DNA of 64,000 nt, from positions 10,067-74,066 of IMG/VR virus record IMGVR_UViG_3300032304_001269; one strand, written 5' to 3'. This DNA is from a virus (lineage: Duplodnaviria > Heunggongvirae > Uroviricota > Caudoviricetes). The stretch's first letter is position 1. Every line of letters starts with the position of its first letter. The notes beneath the pieces were generated by a model. That model was not told where the DNA came from, did no database searches, and saw only the letters and a list, made by a program, of their open reading frames with translations. Shown here one piece after another: positions 10,027 through 19,752 of this stretch. The translations under genes and the position numbers were made by a program.

Positions 10027-10674
10027 ATGAAACCTACAATCGCACTATTTTTGCATGATCCAAGATGCTCAGTACAATGTGGTAATGGTATAATAAAGGC
10101 ACTGGGTCAACACTATAACTTCAAAATCTTTGGATTAAACAAAGTCGAAGACGTATTTTTTGATGACGTGGACATAGTGGCTTTTCCTGGGGGTGAAGGT
10201 GACAGCGAATCCTGGCATAGATTGCTTAAGGTCAACAAACCACAGATATTAAATTTTATTAGCCGCGGCGGTCATTATCTTGGAATTTGCATGGGGGCAT
10301 ACTGGGCAGGAAGTTATTACTTTGATATCTTAGATGAAGTGGATGCTGTTCAATATATTGCCCAACCAAATACTGACACACGTCGCCCACATGCTAAGGC
10401 AATTGATGTGGTATGGAATGGACATCCTGAAAGGATGTTTTTTTATGATGGCTGCGCCTTAGTTGGTAATAACAATAAATTTGAAACCATAGCTACCTAT
10501 GCCAATGGCGATGCAATGGCGATTATACAAAATAGAATAGGACTCATAGGATGCCACCCAGAAAGTGAAAAGTTTTGGTATGACGCTTATTATAGTTGGA
10601 TGAAACCTCATTATCATAACGGACTTCATCATAAACTTTTACTTGACTTTGTAGACAAATTATTTTATAAATAA
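10027..10674 (+). CDS. class I glutamine-amidotransferase-like (BPL_N-like) protein
   Basis: 215 aa. A GICMGAY nucleophile-elbow-like motif and a FPGGEGD motif are present. Confidence 0.45.
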   Translation: MKPTIALFLHDPRCSVQCGNGIIKALGQHYNFKIFGLNKVEDVFFDDVDIVAFPGGEGDSESWHRLLKVNKPQILNFISRGGHYLGICMGAYWAGSYYFDILDEVDAVQYIAQPNTDTRRPHAKAIDVVWNGHPERMFFYDGCALVGNNNKFETIATYANGDAMAIIQNRIGLIGCHPESEKFWYDAYYSWMKPHYHNGLHHKLLLDFVDKLFYK

Positions 10675-10693
10675 ATTACAGGAGGACACAACC

Positions 10694-10852
10694 ATGAAAC
10701 AGAAAAGGCTATTGGCTAAACTGTACAGGGCTTGCGTCGACCATGATACAGAAACGGTTTCCGAACTGCGTAAAAAAGAGTTCGCTAAGATACTGAAACG
10801 CAAGGCCGAAGGCAAACCATTTACAACAAAATGGGTGCTAGTACAGGTTTAA
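10694..10852 (+). CDS. small basic hypothetical protein (52 aa)
   Basis: Strong AGGAGGA RBS 6 nt upstream. Not in the track because it is under 60 aa. Confidence 0.3.
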   Translation: MKQKRLLAKLYRACVDHDTETVSELRKKEFAKILKRKAEGKPFTTKWVLVQV

Positions 10853-10953
10853 CACACACTAGGGCTACTTCGGTAGCTCTTTCAATTTGCTCAAAATAAT
10901 CCGATCATCGGGAAAATAAACATAAATATCTACCTAAGGCAATTGAGGCACAT

Positions 10954-12630
10954 ATGGATAGATATAAAGATTTAGAACTATTAGTAAAACAATTCAGGCG
11001 AGAATTACCCAGTGACGCAAAATACACTACAAGACTCGAAGAAGAATTAGAATTAATTAGAGATCAAAATTTTTCAAAACACTTCTTACGTGTTAGAGAA
11101 ATATTAGATCTCACAACAGACATACCACATATCACGAGAGGTTCAGCAGGATCTAGTTTGGTGTGCTGGCTTATGGGAATCAGTGATCTTGATCCTGTGG
11201 CAGAAAACATTCCCATTGCACGTTTTATGAATCCCAAACGTGACGACTTACCTGACATTGATTTAGATTTCCCGCACTGGCAACAGGCCACAGTGATGAA
11301 TCGCATATTCAAACGCTGGCCTGGACAAAGTGCTAGAGTTTCTAATTATGTCATGTACAAAGAAAAAAGCGCCAAGAGAGAAGCTGCCAAGAGACTAGGC
11401 GCTAAAGGTACACTCAAGCGTGGATTTGAATTCAGCCAGGTGTTACCGCAAGAAGAGATAGCGGAGGCCGAACGAGTTACTGCCAAGCTCATGGGCAAGA
11501 AACGCTGTATTTCAAAACACTGTGGTGGTATATTGATCTTTGATCGTGCTGTGCCTAAAAGCTTGATCAACGGTGACAATCAGATCCTATTAGACAAGTA
11601 TGAAACTGAAGATCTTGAACACTTCAAGATAGACATCTTGGCCAATCGTGGACTTAGCCAACTGTGGGAAATAGATCAGCGCCCACTAACAGACTATCCG
11701 GAACTGGATGACGCAACCAGTGAACTGCTAGCTAGAGGTGATGTGTTGGGAGTTACCCAAGGCGAATCGCCTGCTATGAAACGCTTGTTTAGAGCACTAA
11801 AAGTCAAGAGCAAAAGCGACTGTACTCTAGCCACAGCACTGATTCGTCCGGTGGCCACACAGGGTCGACGAAAGGCCAGCGCCTTTCAAGACTGGAGTGC
11901 AGACACTATACAACAGGACACAGTGGTGTTTGAGGATGATGCCATTACCATGATTGCTGACATACTAGAATGTGACATGTACACCGCCGACATGTGGCGC
12001 AGAGCGTTTGCCAAACGTAATGAAGAAAAAATCTACGAATTCATGCAGTTGATTGGAGACCATCCCAAGCGTGATCGTGTGTTGGCTTCTTTGAGAGAAC
12101 TCAGTCATTTTGGTCTTTGTCGTGCTCATGCTACTAACTTGGGTAGATTGATATGGGCGTTGGCCTATCACAAGGCACATAATCCTGAGAAGTTCTGGAA
12201 GGCCTGTCTAAAACACTGTGAAGGCAGTTACAGCAAATGGGTATACTGGCAAGAAGCCAAACTGGCTGGTGCTGTTCCAGCGCCACTGGAAGGCGGTGAG
12301 TGTGCTGAGTTGGCCCGCACCGGTCGATGGAGTAGCGGTAGTTTTATTCCGGCATGTACTGAGATTCGACGTCCTGGCGAAGTTGAATTTCTTGGACTAG
12401 TGGCAAACTATCGTGTATTCAAAAGCGGTCCTAAAGACTATATAACCTTTGCCACACTAGGCACTGGTAATGGTCGTTATCTAGATGTTATGTTGCCACA
12501 TGCTATTAGTTTCGCAGATCAACCAATCTTATGGGGCAAGGGTCGATTAGACTATACAAACAGCTCAGAATGTGTTAAAGTATATAAGAGTAAGAAATTA
12601 CATCTCAAAGACATAGAGCATATCACATAA
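10954..12630 (+). CDS. DnaE-family (Pol III alpha-like) polymerase catalytic core, truncated (no PHP domain)
   Basis: ITRGSAGSSLVCWLMGISDLDP ... ARFMNPKRDDLPDIDLDF closely parallels the DnaE palm motif GRGSAAGSLV...FERFLNPERVSMPDFDVDF. Only 558 aa. Confidence 0.7.
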   Translation: MDRYKDLELLVKQFRRELPSDAKYTTRLEEELELIRDQNFSKHFLRVREILDLTTDIPHITRGSAGSSLVCWLMGISDLDPVAENIPIARFMNPKRDDLPDIDLDFPHWQQATVMNRIFKRWPGQSARVSNYVMYKEKSAKREAAKRLGAKGTLKRGFEFSQVLPQEEIAEAERVTAKLMGKKRCISKHCGGILIFDRAVPKSLINGDNQILLDKYETEDLEHFKIDILANRGLSQLWEIDQRPLTDYPELDDATSELLARGDVLGVTQGESPAMKRLFRALKVKSKSDCTLATALIRPVATQGRRKASAFQDWSADTIQQDTVVFEDDAITMIADILECDMYTADMWRRAFAKRNEEKIYEFMQLIGDHPKRDRVLASLRELSHFGLCRAHATNLGRLIWALAYHKAHNPEKFWKACLKHCEGSYSKWVYWQEAKLAGAVPAPLEGGECAELARTGRWSSGSFIPACTEIRRPGEVEFLGLVANYRVFKSGPKDYITFATLGTGNGRYLDVMLPHAISFADQPILWGKGRLDYTNSSECVKVYKSKKLHLKDIEHIT

Positions 12631-12944
12631 TGGCTAGACTACACATATATCCGCACAACGAACCCAAAGAGGATCTACACATCATAGCAGATCCTGCCGC
12701 ACTTAGAGCCTTGGGCAATGCACTTATCAAAGCAGCACAGACGCCAATGGGTTTTGAAAGAGTCAAACTGCACACCAGTGACGGTCACGAATATACGGCC
12801 ATGATAGTGGCAGACGTCAGTGAAGATGAATGGCAGACCGTACCTCCAGCATATATTAAATCGAAAATTCCTGCCATACAAACTTTAGAAAATTATAATA
12901 GTATACGCAAAGAACTACAAGAAGCTCGTCGAGAATCAGTGTAA
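12630..12944 (+). CDS. hypothetical protein
   Basis: 104 aa, ATAATG junction with the upstream gene. Confidence 0.4.
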   Translation: MARLHIYPHNEPKEDLHIIADPAALRALGNALIKAAQTPMGFERVKLHTSDGHEYTAMIVADVSEDEWQTVPPAYIKSKIPAIQTLENYNSIRKELQEARRESV

Positions 12945-12988
12945 CACAACTGCAATCTCTGTAATACAATACTACGATAAATACTGCT

Positions 12989-13873
12989 ATGCAAAAAACT
13001 TATCGTAGTATTTTTGTGAGTGACGTCCACTTGGGTACAAAAGACTGCAAGGCGGAACAACTCAATAACTTCCTTAAACACAATACCTGCGATACTCTTT
13101 ATCTCGTAGGCGATATCATCGATGCATGGAAGATACAACAAAATAAATGGCGATGGAAACAGAGCCATACAAACGTAGTACGTCGTGTACTGGGTCACGC
13201 CAAACGCGGAACCCGCGTAATATTCATAGCAGGTAATCACGATGAATTCCTAAGACCAATGATACCATATGGTTTTTCATTCGGCCTTGTAGAGATTCAC
13301 AATCAAATAGAACACATTGGCGCCGATGGCAAACACTATCTTGTGGTACACGGAGACTTATTTGACGGCATTACTCGTCTTGCACCATGGATAGCATTCC
13401 TAGGAGATAAAGCATATGACATCGTTCTTACACTCAATAATAAATTTAATTGGATTCGTCGCCGTATGGGTTTTGGGTACTTTAGCCTTAGCAAGTATCT
13501 TAAGTACAAGGTTAAAAAAGCAGTAGACTTTGTGTTCAAGTTTGAAGAGAACTTGGCCAACTACTGTAAGAAGCGTGGGTTTGATGGGGTCATATGTGGA
13601 CACATACATCACGCAGAGATCAAAGAGATCAACGGTGTCGCATATATGAATGACGGTGACTGGGTTGAATCATGCACAGCCTTAGTAGAACACTGGGACG
13701 GTCAATGGGAAATAATTACATGGACACAGGAGAAAGATAATGTGGATACTGATAATACTGGCAGTTCACGTAAACGATCCAAAAGACATACCGGGTCGAG
13801 TGACTCTAGAATTTCCGACTCAACAAGATTGCGAACAAGCAAGAACGACAATGACCAGTTGGTTGAAGTTTGA
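12989..13873 (+). CDS. LpxH-like metallophosphoesterase (UDP-2,3-diacylglucosamine hydrolase family)
   Basis: SDVHLGT ... LYLVGDIIDAW ... GNHDE ... GHIHH are metallophosphoesterase motifs. The N-terminus resembles LpxH (ADLHL...GDLFEAWIG). Confidence 0.65.
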   Translation: MQKTYRSIFVSDVHLGTKDCKAEQLNNFLKHNTCDTLYLVGDIIDAWKIQQNKWRWKQSHTNVVRRVLGHAKRGTRVIFIAGNHDEFLRPMIPYGFSFGLVEIHNQIEHIGADGKHYLVVHGDLFDGITRLAPWIAFLGDKAYDIVLTLNNKFNWIRRRMGFGYFSLSKYLKYKVKKAVDFVFKFEENLANYCKKRGFDGVICGHIHHAEIKEINGVAYMNDGDWVESCTALVEHWDGQWEIITWTQEKDNVDTDNTGSSRKRSKRHTGSSDSRISDSTRLRTSKNDNDQLVEV

Positions 13874-13894
13874 TTCATTTAAAATAACAGCACA

Positions 13895-14908
13895 ATGCAA
13901 AAAACAATCTTAATAGTCACAGACAACTTACCGGAGCAGATCAATGGTGTGGTTACGACCTACAAAAATATTGCGGCGTGTGCGGTTCGGGACAACTATC
14001 GTGTTGTATATCTTGATCCCGGGAGGTTCCGCCATGTTGATTGCCCTGGCTACAACGAAGTCAAGATTACCCTTACCAGGAAACGCACAGTGGGCAAGAT
14101 ACTTGAGGAGATCAATCCGGATCATATCCATATCGCCACCGAAGGTCCTTTGGGTTTGTGTGCTAGACAATATCTTGACCAACACGGTTATCGCTACAAT
14201 ACTGCTTATCATACTAAGTTTCCAGAAGGAATTAGAAAGCTTTTTGGTATACCTGAAGCTGTTACTTGGCCTCTAGTACGTTGGTTTCACAAACACAGTG
14301 GTAAGGTGCTGACCACAACTGACAGCATGGTGCAAGAATTACAAGCTCATGGATTCGATGGCGAAGTAGTTTCCTGGACACGCGGTGTTGATCGTGAGGT
14401 GTTTCATTCTGCACACAGAGTAGAGACTGTGAGTAGATATCTGCTGTGCGTGAGCCGAGTCAGCAAGGAAAAAAATCTCGAAGCGTTCTTTAAAATGGAT
14501 TACCCTGGATACCTCAAAGTCATGGTAGGTGACGGTCCGATGTTAGAGACCTACAAGAAACAGTATCCCGATGTACATTTTACCGGATACAAAACAGGAA
14601 TAGATCTAGCCAGATATTATGCCAACGCTGAAGCGTTTGTGTTCCCTAGCCAATGGGAAACATTCGGACTCGTGATGATTGAATCTATGGCCTGCGGTAC
14701 ACCAGTTGCTGCTTTTCCTGTACAAGGACCTCTAGATGTTGTTGACGAAGGCATTACAGGCTGTATGAATGAAGACTTGGCTCAAGCAGTGACCGATGCA
14801 TTATTGCTTGATAGACAATGTGTTTTAGAAGGCAGTCAACGGTGGACCTGGGAACGAGCTTGGGCTATCTTTAGAGATAACTTGATAGATAAATCGGATA
14901 CAAGATAA
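13895..14908 (+). CDS. glycosyltransferase, GT4 (group 1) family
   Basis: C-terminal EAFVFPSQWETFGLVMIESMACGTPV matches the GT4 E-x7-E region. Confidence 0.75.
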   Translation: MQKTILIVTDNLPEQINGVVTTYKNIAACAVRDNYRVVYLDPGRFRHVDCPGYNEVKITLTRKRTVGKILEEINPDHIHIATEGPLGLCARQYLDQHGYRYNTAYHTKFPEGIRKLFGIPEAVTWPLVRWFHKHSGKVLTTTDSMVQELQAHGFDGEVVSWTRGVDREVFHSAHRVETVSRYLLCVSRVSKEKNLEAFFKMDYPGYLKVMVGDGPMLETYKKQYPDVHFTGYKTGIDLARYYANAEAFVFPSQWETFGLVMIESMACGTPVAAFPVQGPLDVVDEGITGCMNEDLAQAVTDALLLDRQCVLEGSQRWTWERAWAIFRDNLIDKSDTR

Positions 14909-14949
14909 GGTATCACTGGAATCCGTAACCAGTATCTATTTTAGTAATA

Positions 14950-15903
14950 TTATAAAGAGATTTTCTCATGATCGTCCTCCTTGGTCTTCCATAAGCTATA
15001 ACCAACTCCACCTGCCAACAATCCAAAAGTTAAACCTAAGGTAAGCAGGGCAGGCAATTTAATACCGATCATCATTAACACAATCTTGACACCAATCAAA
15101 ACTAATATTAATGCTAAGGCATATTTGAGATAGTGGAATCTATGTATCATGGCAGCTAGAGCAAAATATAAGGCTCGTAGTCCTAAGATAGCAAAGATGT
15201 TTGATGTATAGACTATAAACGGGTCTTGCGTAATGGCTAGTATGGCAGGTACACTATCCACAGCAAATATTATGTCTGCGAAGTTAATCAATACTAGAGC
15301 CACGAACAACGGAGTAAACCATCTTACGCCATTCTCCTTGAACCAGAAGTCATGACCTCTGTATTCTTCGCTGATATTCATTTTACCTTGCATCCATTTG
15401 TACAATGAGTTATTCTCAAAATCCGGTCCATCTTCATCTTTGGTCCATAACATCTTGACCCCAGTGACGATTAAGAAGGCTCCGAAGAACCAGAGTACCC
15501 ATTGCCATTCTGATACTACTGCGGCACCGAATCCGATGAACACAGCTCGTAGCACAAGAGCCATTAAGATACCCCAGACTAAAACACGATATTGATAGAT
15601 TCTAGGTATTCCCAAGAATGCAAAAATCAGTGCGAAAACAAACACATTATCTATGCTTAATGATTTCTCAACCAAGAATCCTGTGTAGTAGAGTAAAGCA
15701 TCTTCTGCTCCACGCATCCACCAGACACCTAGGCCAAACAGCAGGGCCACAGCAATATAGAAAGCACTTAACCACAGGCTTTCCTTTATGCCAATTTCAT
15801 GATCTGTTTTATTGAGAACGCCCAGGTCGAATGCCATGAGCGCAATAACGATTACGAAAAACGTAATCCAAGGCAGTACAGCCGCCGATAACAACATTTC
15901 CAT
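14950..15903 (-). CDS. terC: TerC-family integral membrane protein
   Basis: 317 aa, multi-pass membrane protein. Contains the TerC-type SIDNVFVFALIF motif. Confidence 0.75.
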   Translation of the reverse strand: MEMLLSAAVLPWITFFVIVIALMAFDLGVLNKTDHEIGIKESLWLSAFYIAVALLFGLGVWWMRGAEDALLYYTGFLVEKSLSIDNVFVFALIFAFLGIPRIYQYRVLVWGILMALVLRAVFIGFGAAVVSEWQWVLWFFGAFLIVTGVKMLWTKDEDGPDFENNSLYKWMQGKMNISEEYRGHDFWFKENGVRWFTPLFVALVLINFADIIFAVDSVPAILAITQDPFIVYTSNIFAILGLRALYFALAAMIHRFHYLKYALALILVLIGVKIVLMMIGIKLPALLTLGLTFGLLAGGVGYSLWKTKEDDHEKISL

Positions 15904-16009
15904 ATCTATCTCCTAGTTATGGTCTTGCCGCTTTGTCTACAAACCGGGTATTTTCTACCGTGTTGACGATCTGTAAATCCTTTGCAGGACGGCTACTCCC
16001 CGAGAGTAT

Positions 16010-16591
16010 TTAGTCTACGATGATATTGTAAATTTCTTTCCAGTTCTTAACTACAGGATAGTCGCATTCGTGATGCATATTGTGTCCGTGTTCGACAAGA
16101 ATGCTTTTTAATCCTATAGCATGTCCAACATCTGCGTTCTGCGGCTTGTCTTCAATCCACCACATACCACTATTGCGATATGGTTCCAGTGCAGAATCTT
16201 TGTCTGCTCCTGTGTCTAAACAAATAACACTTTCAATTGCATTACCAAAGATCTTGCGTAGATTCATTTCACGCAGCTTCTGTGCGTTTTTGTCTAGGCT
16301 TAGACTAGTGATAACACGGAATTCGTATGCGTGTTCTTCGTGCAGACGTTTAACATAGTAAGCGGCATCACGCAGCGCAGGAAGAAAACCAATAGCTGCG
16401 GATTCATTGAATGCCTTAACGACCTTCTTGGCGTCCTTTTCTTCTAGCTCATTATAGTGGTGATGTAGATAATAGCTGTTCTTATGGTTTACGGTAAGTG
16501 TGTATCCACGCTCTTGCATCCAGACTGAAAATGCCCATTCCCAATCTAATAATACGCCGTCGGCGTCTGTGAGTATAAGTTTGTTTTTCAT
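16010..16591 (-). CDS. HAD-superfamily hydrolase (5'(3')-deoxyribonucleotidase-like)
   Basis: N-terminal DADGVLLDW matches HAD motif I (DxDG), with downstream motif II/III candidates. Confidence 0.55.
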   Translation of the reverse strand: MKNKLILTDADGVLLDWEWAFSVWMQERGYTLTVNHKNSYYLHHHYNELEEKDAKKVVKAFNESAAIGFLPALRDAAYYVKRLHEEHAYEFRVITSLSLDKNAQKLREMNLRKIFGNAIESVICLDTGADKDSALEPYRNSGMWWIEDKPQNADVGHAIGLKSILVEHGHNMHHECDYPVVKNWKEIYNIIVD

Positions 16592-16640
16592 ACCATATTA
16601 TAGCATTATTTTGAACAGTTGTCAACCGGATAAGTAAACA

Positions 16641-17342
16641 ATGAACATAATAATCTATACCCTAGTGATGGTTCAAATCACTATAGCCTGTGTAACGCTG
16701 TATTTGCACAGAAGTCAAACACACCGAGCTGTACAATTTCATCCAGTGGTCAATCATATTATGCGAGCCTGGCTTTGGCTGACCACGGGCATGGTTACTC
16801 GTCAATGGGTGGCCATACATCGTAAACATCATCAACGTTCGGATCAAGAGGGCGATCCACATAGCCCGCAGATCTACGGCATTTGGCGTGTGCTATTTGG
16901 CGGAGCATTTCTCTATCATGCAGCCAGTAAAGACACAGCCATGATTGAGTCCTTGAGCAAGGACTGCCCCAATGATTGGATCGAACGCAACCTTTACTCC
17001 GCACACAGTCGCTCAGGTATTCTTTTAATGTTGGTCATAGACCTTTTGCTCTTTGGACCGTGGGGACTGCTCGTGTGGGGTATTCAAATGATCTGGATCC
17101 CATTCTGGGCAGCAGGTGTGATTAATGGACTTAGTCATTGGTGGGGATATCGCAACACCGATACCAAAGACACCAGCCGTAACATCATTCCGTGGGCAGT
17201 ATGGATTGGAGGGGAAGAACTGCACAACAATCATCATGCCGATGGTGCCAATGCCAAGTTCAGCCAGAAGTGGTGGGAGTTTGACATTGGCTGGGCCTAC
17301 ATTTCTATACTAAGATTTTTTAGATTAGCAACAGTTAGATAA
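16641..17342 (+). CDS. membrane di-iron His-box desaturase/hydroxylase family protein
   Basis: His boxes HRSQTH, HRKHH and HNNHH, with hydrophobic segments. Size is similar to CrtW and small fatty-acid desaturases. Confidence 0.55.
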   Translation: MNIIIYTLVMVQITIACVTLYLHRSQTHRAVQFHPVVNHIMRAWLWLTTGMVTRQWVAIHRKHHQRSDQEGDPHSPQIYGIWRVLFGGAFLYHAASKDTAMIESLSKDCPNDWIERNLYSAHSRSGILLMLVIDLLLFGPWGLLVWGIQMIWIPFWAAGVINGLSHWWGYRNTDTKDTSRNIIPWAVWIGGEELHNNHHADGANAKFSQKWWEFDIGWAYISILRFFRLATVR

Positions 17343-17343
17343 G

Positions 17344-17372
17344 AAAAAACCCCCTTCCGGGGGTTTCTCTTT
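17344..17372. terminator. bidirectional rho-independent terminator
   Basis: AAAAAACCCCCTTCCGGGGGTTTCTCTTTT lies between convergent genes. Confidence 0.6.
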
Positions 17373-17401
17373 TCATAGTATATTGCTCTATGAGCGTAAT
17401 A

Positions 17402-17674
17402 TTATTTCTTCACGCCGGCGTTAACAAATGAATACATCTTTTCGGCGGTTTCTAATACTTTATCTAAACCTGGAAACTCTGGCATACCGACCGTAGTAAC
17501 GATCTGACCAGTCTTTTCATCGCGCTTGGCGGTCATTTCCCAGCCTTGAAACTTGGCATGGAAATCGTCTTGCACTAGGCTTTTTGCCATACCTAGGATA
17601 TCTGAACGGATTTCGTAGCCGTTCTTATTGAATTTTACTTCTGGTAATTTTGGTGCTGTAAAAATTTCTGACAT
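17402..17674 (-). CDS. hypothetical protein
   Basis: 90 aa. Confidence 0.4.
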   Translation of the reverse strand: MSEIFTAPKLPEVKFNKNGYEIRSDILGMAKSLVQDDFHAKFQGWEMTAKRDEKTGQIVTTVGMPEFPGLDKVLETAEKMYSFVNAGVKK

Positions 17675-17763
17675 TGTAATTCTCCTGTGTGTAATGTCTG
17701 TGTCTAGCAGCTACTTCTGTTTCGCTGTTAGTTTATTATATAGCCTTAATTTAAAAAAACAAG

Positions 17764-18339
17764 CTATTTCTTGAACTGTTTTACTCGTTCTTTGATTACG
17801 TCAATCACTGGATCCGCTAACACAACTTCATAGTGATTGTAGTCCATAGGCACCAACTCCATATCCTCGTGATGTTTCTGGCTGGCAATGGTTACCACAC
17901 CGTCGTTAGCAGCAAGGATAAATGGACTCTGCCCTTTCACTGTGACTATATTAGTCCATGGGTGTTGTATCTTGATCTTTTTGGCCTGCTTCATTGCCCA
18001 ACTGCTGGGTCCTATATCACGCATCAAACGACTGAATGGTAAGAAATACTGTGCATAATCAGCAACTTCAGCACCACCATAGGGTGTGCTTAGAGTAACT
18101 GCACCTTTCACAGCATGTGGAATAGCAGCAGCAATGTGCAGAGCATATATGCCACCTAGACTGTGTGCTATGAATGCTAGGTCTTTGGCATCAACTAATT
18201 GGTTCAACATGTCTGCAAGGTTGTTTTCAAACCCGTTGCGACTGTCATAATTAAGATCAATTCCAGATCCTAACTTGCTTCTAATGTAATTGAAGCTGTC
18301 GCTGGTGGCATTGGCACCATGTATGTAAACTAGCTTCAT
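17764..18339 (-). CDS. alpha/beta-hydrolase (lipase/esterase-like)
   Basis: GxSxG nucleophile elbow in IAHSLGG. Confidence 0.55.
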   Translation of the reverse strand: MKLVYIHGANATSDSFNYIRSKLGSGIDLNYDSRNGFENNLADMLNQLVDAKDLAFIAHSLGGIYALHIAAAIPHAVKGAVTLSTPYGGAEVADYAQYFLPFSRLMRDIGPSSWAMKQAKKIKIQHPWTNIVTVKGQSPFILAANDGVVTIASQKHHEDMELVPMDYNHYEVVLADPVIDVIKERVKQFKK

Positions 18340-18620
18340 AAATGCCTGTGATTCTGATCAAACTGTCTTTGTAATTGTTCTAGTTGAGCTATACTATCGA
18401 TGCTGTGATTTGACAGATATACTTTGAATCGGTTTTCATAAGTATCGCTTTGAAATGTATTCCGAAGCTTTTCGGTCATACAGAAGATTGAAGTTAGTAA
18501 TGATTTCATAGATGTAAGTGTATAATGTATTTATCACTGCGTGTGTGCGGTGCACAATAACCGCGGGTGACAGCAGTGAGGAAATCCTGTAAAATAGATT
18601 ATATTTGAAGTAAATACACA

Positions 18621-18899
18621 ATGAAACTGAAAACTAGATCGATACTACAGGAACTCAATGAAGTAGCTGAAATCCGCAACAAGGATGAGCTGTTTGAAAG
18701 CCGTGCCACTAATATCATCAATTCAGCTATAAATCTATTGGAAACGCTAAAAAAACACTATACAGCGGAACAGGCAGATGAGTTAGAACGCAGACTATTG
18801 AATGCTATCCGTGGGCAAGATCCTGCCAAATTCACACGGGGCATACGCAAGATAGCAGAATCAAAAAGAACCAAGAGACCGTTAGATGAATCACAGTAA
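18621..18899 (+). CDS. hypothetical protein
   Basis: 92 aa. Confidence 0.4.
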   Translation: MKLKTRSILQELNEVAEIRNKDELFESRATNIINSAINLLETLKKHYTAEQADELERRLLNAIRGQDPAKFTRGIRKIAESKRTKRPLDESQ

Positions 18900-19752
18900 A
18901 CTCCTAGAAGGCGGCAATGTATTCAAAACTGCTGACAAGCAGAGTTTGACTCAGCGCATTGCCACCAAAGATGTGCCAACCACTGTTGACTTTCTTGAAA
19001 AGATCACAGGTTTGGACTTTACCAAAGAACTTGATCCTGATGACAAAAAGCCTGTGAAATGGTTGGGCACTACTGGACGCAAAGAAGATCCCGATGGCAC
19101 ATTTGAACTGAACAGCTCTGGAGATCTAGATCTCAGTGTTGATGCTAGAGAGATTACCAAAGAACAATTGATTGCTAAATTGGCAGACTGGTGTAGAACC
19201 AATGGTGTGCCAGAAGAAGAAATTTTCAACAAAGGCACGAAAAAAACTGACGGCTGGATCAAAGACGCTGGTGACAATGTTCATTTCAGAACCCCAATCA
19301 GTGGCAGTCAAACCAACGGATTTGCACAGTCTGATTTTATGCTCACAGTGAATCCTAAATTTCAACAGGGAAGCATGATTGGAGGTCGAGGACAGTATAA
19401 GGGCGAGCATAGACACATAGTTCTTAGCAGTATTGCTCGTGGTCGAGGTATGAAATATTCACCTAAGTTCGGACTGCTTCACGGTGACACCAACGAGCCT
19501 GTAGAAAATGGTGATGACTGGAATGTTATTGCAAAACAATTGTTAGGTCAAACAGCAACAGTCAAGGACGTTAAAAGTGTAGATGCTATCATTGCCTACA
19601 TTATGAAACTGCCCAACTATGACGAACTGATTGCAGGTGCTAGAGAAACACTGGGCAAGCAGGGTATCGAACTGCCTGTCAAAGAAGCATTTGAAAGCTA
19701 CGTGCCCGGAAGTAATGCGTGGATGCGTAAAATGATTAATATTGTAAAATGA
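18886..19752 (+). CDS. hypothetical protein
   Basis: 288 aa. Confidence 0.45.
   Translation: MNHSKLLEGGNVFKTADKQSLTQRIATKDVPTTVDFLEKITGLDFTKELDPDDKKPVKWLGTTGRKEDPDGTFELNSSGDLDLSVDAREITKEQLIAKLADWCRTNGVPEEEIFNKGTKKTDGWIKDAGDNVHFRTPISGSQTNGFAQSDFMLTVNPKFQQGSMIGGRGQYKGEHRHIVLSSIARGRGMKYSPKFGLLHGDTNEPVENGDDWNVIAKQLLGQTATVKDVKSVDAIIAYIMKLPNYDELIAGARETLGKQGIELPVKEAFESYVPGSNAWMRKMINIVK

Noticed and set aside
18436-18621. 61-aa minus-strand ORF in the divergent intergenic region
   Set aside because: It lies in an AT-rich promoter region, and its translation is Tyr/Ile/Asn-rich nonsense.
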